DNA of 64,000 nucleotides from Macrostomum hystrix (lineage: Eukaryota; Animalia; Platyhelminthes), in NCBI GenBank assembly GCA_950097015.1, contig CATNEN010000038.1:8556001-8620000 (forward strand), given 5' to 3'. The notes under the pieces are model-generated. The model ran no database searches and was not told the origin of the DNA. It saw only the letters and a program-made list of their open reading frames with translations. Each line of letters starts with the position of its first letter. Position 1 is the first letter of the stretch. This document shows, in pieces, positions 36,303-46,830 of the stretch. A program made the translations under genes and the position numbers.

Positions 36303-37730
36303 AACAGCATGAAGCTAATAGAGAACTGGCCAGAAGCTAATAGAGAACCAGCCTGAAGCTAATAGAGAAACAGCCTGAAGCTAATAGAGAACTGGCCTGA
36401 AGCTAATAGAGAACCAGCCTGAAGCCAATAGAGAACCAGCCTGAAGCTAATATAGAACTGGCCTGAAGCCAATAGAGAACTGGCCTGAAGCTAATAGAGA
36501 ACCAGCCTGAAGCTAATAGAGAACCAGCCTGAAGCTAATAGAGAACCAGCCTGAAGCTAATAGAGAACCAGCCTGAAGCTAATAGAGAACTGGCCTGAAG
36601 CTAATAGAGAAACAGCCTGAAGCTAATATAGAACTAGCCTGAAGCTAATAGAGAAACAGCCTGAAGCTAATAGAGAAACAGCATGAAGCTAATAGAGAAA
36701 CAGCCTGAAGCTAATAGAGAACTAGCCTGAAGCTAATAGAGAAACAGCCTGAAGCTAATAGAGAACCAGCCTGAAGCTAATAGAGAAACAGCCTGAAGCT
36801 AATAGAGAACCAGCCTGAAGCTAATAGAGAACTGGCCTGAAGCTAATAGAGAAACAGCCTGAAGCTAATAGAGAACCAGCCTGAAGCTAATAGAGAACCA
36901 GCCTGAAGCCAATAGAGAACTGGACTAAAGCTAATAGAGAAACAGCCTGAAGCTAATAGAGAACTGGCCTGAAGCTAAAAGAGAACCAGCCTGAAGCTAA
37001 TAGAGAACTAGCCTGAAGCTAATAGAGAAACAGCCTGAAGCTAATAGAGAAACAGCCTGAAGCCAATAGAGAACCAGCCTGAAGCTAATAGAGAACCAGC
37101 CTGAAGCTAATAGAGAAACAGCCTGAAGCTAATAGAGAAACAGCCTGAAGCTAATAGAGAACCAGCCTGAAGCTAATAGAGAAACAGCCTGAAGCTAATT
37201 GAGAACCAGCCTGAAGCTAATAGAGAACTGGCCTGAAGCTAATAGAGAAACAGCCTGAAGCTAATAGAGAACCAGCCTGAAGCTAATAGAGAAGCAGCCT
37301 GAAGCCAATAGAAAACTGGACTAAAGCTAATAGAGAAACAGCCTGAAGCTAATAGAGAACTGGCCTGAAGCTAATAGAGAACCAGCCTGAAGCTAATAGA
37401 GAACTAGCCTGAAGCTAATAGAGAAACAGCCTGAAGCTAATAGAGAAACAGCCTGAAGCTAATAGAGAAACAGCCTGAAGCTAATAGAGAAACAGCCTGA
37501 AGCTAATAGAGAACCAGCCTGAAGCTAATAGAGAACCAGCCTGAAGCTAATAGAGAACTGGACTGAAGCTAATAGAGAACCAGCCTGAAGCTAATAGAGA
37601 ACTGGCCTGAAGCTAATATAGAACTAGTCTGAAGCTAATAGAGAAACAGCCTGAAGCTAATAGAGAACCAGCCTGAAGCTAATAGAGAACCAGCCTGAAG
37701 CTAATAGAGAACCGACCTAAAGCTAATAAA
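36303..37730. repeat. 22-bp minisatellite (GAAGCTAATAGAGAACCAGCCT), about 65 copies
   Basis: Tandem periodicity. Confidence 0.97.
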
Positions 37731-38087
37731 AAAACTAACCAGAAACGAACAGAGAACGAGCCGGCAACTAACATGTCTATTTATTTCTTTCGTAAATAAT
37801 AATAAAAACTAATATCGAACAAGCAAAGCACACTTATAGATATCACATTTGCAATTCTTGAGAACATTTAATTATTCAAGTGAGCGAATATCTTTGAACA
37901 TTATGCTAAAAAATGAGCATTTTTTTTCCAGGTGAAAAGTATACCGTACAAAAAGGAAAGTTTTTGAAAAAGTTTGGCGCTAAACTACAGAAATGTTTAC
38001 TTGAATTTAAACTGTACCCGGAAACTACACAACAATGCAAGCCTTCCAGATCCCAAAGCAGAAATCAAATGCTCGCAGTCACTTACC

Positions 38088-40129
38088 TCAGACTCTGGGA
38101 TAATGACTGCTCAGACCTGAGGATGTGGGATAATGTCTGCTCAGACCTGAGGATGTGGGATAATGACTGCTCAGAACTGAGGATGTGGGATAATGACTGC
38201 TCAGAACTGAGGATGTGGGATAATGACTGCTCAGACCTGAGGATGTGGGATAATGACTGCTCAGACCTGAGGATGTGGGATAATGACTGCTCAGAACTGA
38301 GGATGTGGGATAATGACTGCTCAGAACTGAGGATGTGGGATGATGTCTGCTCAGAACTGAGGATGTGGGATAATGTCTGCTCAGACCTGAGGATGTGGGA
38401 TAATGTCTGCTCAGACCTGAGGATGTGGGATAATGACTGCTCAGAACTGAGGATGTGGGATAATGACTGCTCAGACCTGAGGATGTGGGATAATGTCTGC
38501 TCAGAACTGAGGATGTGGGATAATGACTGCTCAGAACTGAGGATGTGGGATAATGTCTGCTCAGACCTGAGGATGTGGGATAATGTCTGCTCAGACCTGA
38601 GGATGTGGGATAATGTCTGCTCAGACCTGAGGATGTGGGATAATGTCTGCTCAGACCTGAGGATGTGGGATCATGTCTGCTCAGACCTGAGGATGTGGGA
38701 TAATGTCTGCTCAGACCTGAGGATGTGGGATAATGTCTGCTCAGACCTGAGGATGTGGGATAATGTCTGCTCAGACCTGAGGATGTGGGATAATGTCTGC
38801 TCAGACCTGAGGATGTGGGATAATGTCTGCTCAGAACTGAGGATGTGGGATAATGTCTGCTCAGACCTGAGGATGTGGGATAATGTCTGCTCAGACCTGA
38901 GGATGTGGGATAATGTCTGCTCAGACCTGAGGATGTGGGATAATGTCTGCTCAGACCTGAGGATGTGGGATAATGTCTGCTTAGACCTGAGGATGTGGGA
39001 TAATGTCTGCTCAGACCTGAGGATGTGGGATAATGTCTGCTCAGAATTGAGGATGTGGGATAATGTCTGCTCAGACCTGAGGATGTGGGATAATGTCTGC
39101 TCAGACCTGAGGATGTGGGATAATGTCTGCTCAGACCTGAGGATGTGGGATGATGTCTGCTCAGACCTGAGGATGTGGGATAATGTCTGCTCAGACCTGA
39201 GGATGTGGGATGATGTCTGCTCAGACCTGAGGATGTGGGATAATGTCTGCTCAGACCTGAGGATGTGGGATAATTACTGCTCAGACCTGAGGATGTGGGA
39301 TGATGTCTGCTTAGACCTGAGGATGTGGGATGATGTCTGCTCAGACCTGAGGATGTGGGATGATGTCTGCTCAGACCTGAGGATGTGGGATGATGTCTGC
39401 TCAGACCTGAGGATGTGGGATAATGTCTGCTCAGACCTGAGGATGTGGGATAATGTCTGCTCAGACCTGAGGATGTGGGATAATGTCTGCTTAGACCTGA
39501 GGATGTGGGATAATGTCTGCTCAGACCTGAGGATGTGGGATAATGTCTGCTCAGAATTGAGGATGTGGGATAATGTCTGCTCAGACCTGAGGATGTGGGA
39601 TAATGTCTGCTCAGACCTGAGGATGTGGGATAATGTCTGCTCAGACCTGAGGATGTGGGATAATGTCTGCTCAGACCTGAGGATGTGGGATAATGTCTGC
39701 TTAGACCTGAGGATGTGGGATGATGTCTGCTTAGACCTGAGGATGTGGGATAATGTCTGCTCAGACCTGAGGATGTGGGATGATGTCTGCTCAGACCTGA
39801 GGATGTGGGATAATGTCTGCTCAGACCTGAGGATGTGGGATGATGTCTGCTCAGACCTGAGGATGTGGGATAATGTCTGCTCAGACCTGAGGATGTGGGA
39901 TAATTACTGCTCAGACCTGAGGATGTGGGATGATGTCTGCTTAGACCTGAGGATGTGGGATGATGTCTGCTCAGACCTGAGGATGTGGGATGATGTCTGC
40001 TCAGACCTGAGGATGTGGGATGATGTCTGCTCAGACCTGAGGATGTGGGATAATGTCTGCTCAGACCTGAGGATGTGGGATAATTACTGCTTAGACCTGA
40101 GGATGTGGGATGATGTCTGCTCAGACCTG
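38088..40129. repeat. 30-bp minisatellite (GGATGTGGGATAATGTCTGCTCAGACCTGA), about 68 copies
   Basis: Tandem periodicity with no indels. Confidence 0.98.
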
Positions 40130-40224
40130 GAAGTATCTGGAAGAGTTGCAAATAACTGAACTCGCTCAGACTCAGAGAAATGATCTGCTTGCATCAGCAA
40201 GAGAATAAAAAAATACTGGTTAAC

Positions 40225-42354
40225 TCAAAAGCGCGAGGTGTCCCTGCCAAACAACAGAGCTTTAGTCCAGTCTACGGGTACCTGTAGTCGTAGCCGCCAG
40301 CTGCCCAGCCTGGTGAGGTAGGCAGATCTCCACAGCAGCCAGGAGGTGAAGCCGTGCAGCTTGACATCGGGCATGTCTGTCAGCGCCTTGTAATCGCCGA
40401 TGTACGCCAGCATTCCACGGCCGGCAAATCTGAAGGGCTCGTCCTCCTGCAGCGGGCTCCGGCCGCGGTCCCGGCCGTCCACACCCCGGTTGAGCCGGCT
40501 GGCCAGGTAGCGGCCCTGTCGCTCAGCCACCTGGGCGGTGCAGGGCAGCGGGCTATCAACGATGGAGGCGCAGTCACCGATGGCGAAGGCCCGGCCGCTA
40601 CTGTCGGCCAGGACGCGAAGCTGCGGATCCGTCAGTAGCTGGCCGCTGCGACTCTTCGGCGCGTCCTGCATGTCGCGAATTAAAGGCCGCGGCGCCAGGC
40701 CGGTGCTCCACACGATAAGGCCGGCTGGAAGGCGGCTGCCGTCTCTGCGGGGCACAGCGCTTCAGGCTTTGCACTTCAAAGGAACCTCGATCAATGAATG
40801 CTGAACTTCAGGATTCATCAAACCATTTAACTTTAACCAAAAATTTCAGGGACAACTTAGATACAAAAATCAAAAGTAGCCTACAAACCCCACTTTTAGA
40901 AAGCTTCAAAAACCAAAAAAACTTCGGGGATCTCCAAAACCTAAAAACTTCAGGGAGCTTCAAAAACTAAAAACTTCAGGGGCTCCTAAATCTAAAAACT
41001 TCAGGGGCTCCTAAATCTAAAAACTTCAGGGGCTCCTAAATCTAAAAACTTCATGGGCTCAAAAATCTAAAAACTTCATGGGCTCCAAAACCTAAAAACT
41101 TCATGGGCTCCAAAATCTAAAAACTTTAGGGGCTCCAAAACCTAAAAACTTCATGGGCTCCAAAATCTAAAAACGTCAGGGGCTCCAAAATCTAAAAACT
41201 TCAGGAACTTACTTAAGCGTCACTCCGTGTGCATCAACCGAAGCCACTGTGCCGCGTTTTAAATTGAAATTTGATCTAGCCCGAATCTTTCTCTCGGCGT
41301 ACATTCTGAGAGAGGCGTCGAACGATGCCAGTATCTGGTCGGACTCCACCAGGGTCACGCGCACATCGGCGGCCCGGTGCCTGTACAGGCGAGTCAGATC
41401 CGAGCGGGCAAAGTCGTACAGCTCTGAGCCGAATTCAACGCCAGTCGGGCCGCCGCCAACAATGACCGTGTGCAGCACGCGAGCCCGCTCCTCGGGCCCA
41501 ACCCAGGCCTGCTGAGCCAGCTCAGTGTTCTCAATCAGGCGCTCACGGATGCGCCTGGCGTCCGTCACCTCCTGTATGACGGCGGGCGGATCGGAATTCA
41601 GTCTCAACGTTATGTTTGAACACTGGCATACCTTTCATACTCTAGTGATCGAGTTGTTCATGTCACCCTTACATAATATAATAATATTCGCAGGAGGGCT
41701 GTACGCACTGGCACATAATTTTGTGACACGCAGCCAGCAATTCTGCCTATTCTGGATGAATGTGGCCTCACTGCGGAATCGAGCTCAGACAACTCAGTCA
41801 CTCACATTAGGAACTGGCCATTCATATCATGTCAATAAACCGATTGATGGAAAGGAAGTTTCCGCATTCCCCAGTGCTCACAAAGCTCTCACCTTAAGAA
41901 ACAGAGCGTGCTCATTAACACCCGGCACTCCAAAGGTGTTAGTAAGCGCTCCAACCCCAATGACCAGCCGGTCGTAGCCAATCTGGTAAGTGGCCCGGCT
42001 GCCCAGGCACGATCTACAGGTGATCTCTCCAAGGCTGAAGTCAACCTCGGTAGCCTCTGCCAGGTGAAAGTGTTCAGATTGTCTGAAACCGCACTCACGC
42101 ACGGGCTCAATAATGGAGCGAAATTCCAGAGTGCCGACAGTGGTGGAGCATAACAGCGGCGTGAAAAGAAAATGATTGCGCGGCGAAACAACAATCACAT
42201 CGAATTTGGATTTGTCAATATTGCGAAGCACCGAGTAACTGCCCCAGCCCGTGCCAAGAATCACTAGGCGCTTCCTGCTTCCATTGAAGTCTGAACGACA
42301 ACGCCGAAAGCCTTTGAAGGCTTTGCCAACAACTGGCCGAAGGACAGACGACAG
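40225..42354 (-). CDS. Type II (alternative, non-proton-pumping) NADH:quinone oxidoreductase, NDH-2; exons 42354-41893, 41571-41213, 40744-40225; start-codon exon not located
   Basis: RLVILGTGWGS, SPRNHFLFTPLL, GTLEFRSIIEP, YDRLVIGVG, VIVGGGPTGVEFGSE, VWSTG, AIGDC, TAQVAERQG, MLAYIG, WRSAYLT, FGRD; GT-AG junctions in phase. Confidence 0.93.
40880..41205. repeat. 25-bp intronic minisatellite (TCTAAAAACTTCAGGGGCTCCTAAA)
   Basis: Tandem periodicity inside an NDH-2 intron. Confidence 0.92.
41675..41790 (-). mobile_element. Short, internally deleted SINE family A remnant in an NDH-2 intron
   Basis: GCAGGAGGGCTG...GCAATTCTGCC...GAATGTGGCCTCACTGCGGAATCGAGCTCAG matches family A. Confidence 0.7.
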
Positions 42355-42451
42355 CTGCAAGAAAAAAAAATTGTCAATGTCAATGTTAGTGTAATTGCAC
42401 ATTGACAACATGGTAAGGGTCTGTTCAGTGTACGAGCGTAATTACTTGTTC

Positions 42452-43041
42452 TCTATCTATTTGCAGGGCGGCCCGGTGCACTTGTCGCACAAGCGACGGC
42501 GCAGCATGCCCCCAGACTGTCGAACTAAGTGCTTAGCGCCCATCGCGCCGCCTCCCCTGAGCGGGCACCACACACAGCAGCACAGACCAGCCGGGGAGGG
42601 CAGGAGTCACCCAGAATAGGCAGCAGTGCCCCCCACCCCAGCCCCACACGCACAGAGCAGACCAAGCCGGCGCGGAAGGCTGATATGAAATCAGTCAATC
42701 AGTCCTCAGGGGGGCCGGCTGATGAGTGTACACTTATCCAATCATGCTGACAGAAATCCAGAAAGCGCGCAGCAGTTTACACCCGCCCCCCAGCCACCCC
42801 CAAGGCCTAATGCCCCAGCGCCAATGCACACAACTCACACAACACAGAACAGGCACACAGAGGGTAGGAGCGAAGCTATTATTTCAAGCTTTGATTGCAC
42901 GAAATATGGTGCACCTCTGCCGGTTGCTACTGTCCAAACCCTCCAAAAAGTCCCAAAATTAATCGTGACTTTTAGTGAAAATTGAACTAGGGTCCATTGG
43001 AGTGCGAGGCAGCGACGCTAGCCACTGACCCACTCACCCCT
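42452..43041 (-). mobile_element. Candidate long (~590 bp) tRNA-headed SINE-like element, family C
   Basis: Head rc GGGGTGAGTGGGTCAGTGGCTAGCGTCGCTGCCTCGCAC...CTAGTTCAATT resembles the family A head; GC-rich body; ends CCCTGCAAATAGATAG; only one copy in the window. Confidence 0.5.
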
Positions 43042-46000
43042 GTAAATACTTGTTAGTGATAAGGATAATTATTTATATTTGTTTTTACTATGTGAATTAT
43101 TAGACTTTTTGTCTTAATATGGAATTTTAAGTAGGCCATCTCAGTATAATATGTTACATTAGATAATTAGGTTAGATAATTATTGTTTTGTTAGCAATAC
43201 TGGCAACACTGACAACAATCATTTCTACTTCAAAGCTATGATCTGCTACAGATCTATGCATACCTGTAGCTTGTTGGTTGTCTATAGTTTGTCACTCATT
43301 CAAATTTTGAAGTTGTTCTGTTATCTATTATGAAATAGTTAAATTCATTCATTAATGTAAAACTAGAGGATTGCTAATTGCTTTTTCACTTTGTGATAAC
43401 ATTAATAGAACTTGGCTTACAGCTGATAGCCTTTGGACTGCTAAAGACATCAGTGTTTAGTCAGGCCATTTGTACAAATAACAATGTTGATGGCCATAGT
43501 CAGGAAGCTGCAGTTCTATGTGGTGCTCTAATTATGCTGACATTAGCAATATTTTACTAAATGGTAAAAACCACCAACTTTACCGCATTGTAATGTCATC
43601 AGTACCCTGCAGTTTCCATTTTTTACCAAATGGTAACTGTACTCAAACCACTGTTTTTCAAACATCATTTCAGGCTTGGAATATTTGGAAGACTATCTGG
43701 TGAACAGTGATTTTAGTTTCAAATATAAAGTCAGGGTAATTATAATTAGTCTTACTCTATTATTGCATTGTGTACATTTTGTAGCTAGTTGAATTGAGGT
43801 TCTTTAAACAGTGCAATAAATTCTGCATAGTCCACCACAGGGTAACCCTATTGGAATAAATGTCAAAAACCTGCGGACACATCACATGGGTGTCAAAGAT
43901 GTGGCTCAAAAGTGCGCCATGCAGCCATGCACCGCTACATGCCACCCTCCCACTGCAATGTGGTGCAATGCCCTGCAATGCGACACAACACCAAAAAAGT
44001 CTGAAAATGCAATGGACAGTTGGATGCGATTTGTAAACTTATACCAATAGGGCAGGGTATTGTGTTGACATTAGGCCTACAATGTAGTAAAGTTAGTGGT
44101 TTTTTTACTGGGCGGTAAAATGTTGCTAATATATTATGTTGAATAAGTAAGAAAGTAATAGTGTTTTGTACACTTGGCCCTTAGGCAGTAATTCTCAATC
44201 AATATGTCTCTGATATTGTTCTGAGCAAACGAAATAATTGATAAATAAGCATATTTAGACTTTAGAAGATATCATAAGTCAATACGTATACATGTGATAG
44301 TTTCTTCAAATATAAAATTCAAGTGAAATAATAAACACAGAGAAATTGAATTGATCATTTCTGTGGTTTCTTCAGATAGTCAAAATAACCGAGGAGACTC
44401 CCATAGATTTATATGTATAGCCCAAGTATATTCTGCTGCTGCATTAATCATTTTCGAATGCACAGAAACAGGGCCTACAAAAGATTGTTTTGTCCATTGT
44501 ACTATTTACTTAAAATATAAATAAGTAAATGAAAAAGTAATGGCTTACTAAGGATGCGGATTTTATATCTAAATATATTTTACAGTTCCACGTAGACAAA
44601 TAATGGAATTTATTATGATTAGGCCTAGTATATTAATCTCTCTCTTTAATTACTACTACTACTACAAAACGAGCGCGTGCAACTTCTTTGATAAAGTCCG
44701 TTTCAAACACTTTTTGAGTTCATTAAAACAAATGTCCAGACGACTGTATAGTGACAATAACGGCTCGATGAATACATCTTTATGCTTCAGGCTTGAATAA
44801 AAAGCCGACGCACTGAGCTCAAAAGTTGTATCATATACCAATATTTTTACCGTTTTTGCAGGAATTTAAATTTCATCTTGACCTCGTTTCATGCCGGAAT
44901 GCTGGCCCGGGCCACGGAAACTCGGCTTAACCTGTTAATATAGGCCTATCTAGGCCTACTAAACAAAAATAAATTTGATATGATTGTGAAAGTCCATTTT
45001 AACATATTGATTTGCCTTAAGTCCTTACAGGACTGCAATCGACAAGAAAATACAACTATGGAATTGTGTGAATACTTCTGCTTTATGTCATGAAGCCAAT
45101 ATATAAACATTTGTTTTAAAAATGAAATCCAATATGACTTTAACTGTATTAACATTTTTCTGCTTTTTAATTTCTGTAAAATCTTTTAACTTTTTATTCA
45201 TGAAATCATAGCATGTTCAATGCTATGCTACCATAGCTGACAATGTTTGCATTGAAGAACCTCTAGTCTTAAGCTCTTGTCAAGCAAAAACTAATTGCTT
45301 GTAGGCCTACACAACACAGTTTTATCTAATTGATTAGGCCCTACACAAACACAGCAGTAAATAATGACATCAATATGTAAACTTACTTAAAGTTAACATC
45401 AAATCAAATTGAAAAAAAATATATTTGTTTATCTTGAAATGTATTTACTTTGAATTACATAATGTAGAATTACATAATACATCATATTTACTAGTTACCA
45501 CACGGTATATTACCAAAAAGCTGACCCTACCCTAAAAGCTCTATCAATAACTTCAGTTAATCACCAAAATGCACTCATACCAAAATGCATAAGGCTCCTA
45601 AAATTTTAGATAATGTAAACTCAAATGTAATGCAACACATTATGTTAACATTGGTGTTTAGCACCATGGCTGCACTGTACTATGCCATAACACTGCCTGC
45701 CTCAATTCCTTGACTCCACTCTAGGGTGACGTGACACAACACTTAAAAAATCTGAAAATTTTACAGAGTAGGCCTAGGGCATCATTTGCCCACTTATTTC
45801 AATAAGGCTTAGGAGGGGTACGTTGCTGTATGGCTGCAATGACCATAACTAATACAATTATGGCTAGAGTCTCTTGATATTGATGGCTGCTATGTCCCTC
45901 ATTATATTGAGTTGTTGGTGTTAATTGCTTATAGACATGGCAGCCATGGCCATGTTTATTTTTCCAGAATTGAAGGGGAACACAGCTATGTCAATAACAA

Positions 46001-46830
46001 CAGGCAAGCTATGATCCCAATATATGTATAGATACAGCTACTATCTTTTTATCTATAATATTGAGTTGTTGATGTGACAGTTTTTGTTTAGAGATCATTT
46101 CTTAAGAAAATCTGTAATAATTGAAAAAATCAATGGACCTTGTGAATTTATTTAAAATTAGTTTCTTTATAAATGACTAACTATAGTGACTTGGACCATA
46201 AGGTTAGAAAAAACTTTTGCAAAAAATGTATTTACAAAAAAGCAAGGATAATGTAAGTGTTAGCTAAATTTATACACAGAGCAGTCATCTAATGTAGGGT
46301 ATGGGAGTAGTAACTTGACAAGGCAAAGTGAGTGCATTTTCTTGTTCTAGTGTTGATGCATATTAAACCATTTGACCAGCAGGTGAAAATTTCACTTTAC
46401 AGCTGACTGGCACATGCATCTGCGCAAACTCTTTAGACAGCTGTTTCGTCAGGATACAAATAGCCAACAAGAACCTGCTGGCTCTGAGTTTGTTGGTCAG
46501 GTGCGCAGGTGAGTCCATTGTTATAATTTCTTAATTAATCTCATAAGTATATGCATTTAGATAGCTCAAATGGTAATCTTTACAATTCTTTTTTCTTGCC
46601 CACAGGTTAACTTTATTATTCAAGAATCTACTACTTGCAGTAGTTTGCAAAACAAAAATGCAATATTTTGTGCGACTTCGTTCCTCAAAATTGCCGTTTT
46701 TACACAAATAGTTTTCCCTTTGCATGATCCCCACAGTCTGGGCCACCGCAGCCTCAGTACACCGAATCTCGGTCGTCACCATCGACAACATGGATTGTAT
46801 CACCAGCCGAGTGATGACCAGAGCCAGCCA

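Noticed and set aside
37913-40159. 748-aa LRR-looking ORF (LRMWDNVCSD)n
   Set aside because: Translation of a 30-bp minisatellite; the opposite strand is also open and the non-repeat leader is not protein-like
42715-42765. Hammerhead ribozyme (CTGATGAG...GAAA)
   Set aside because: No convincing stem II or stem I/III pairing around the core; the same applies to CTGATGA at 11618
44845-44935. Candidate first coding exon of NDH-2 (ATGAAATTTAAATTCCTGCAAAAACG|GTAAAA, minus strand)
   Set aside because: The donor is phase 2 but the acceptor before 42354 needs phase 0; it cannot be joined without another exon
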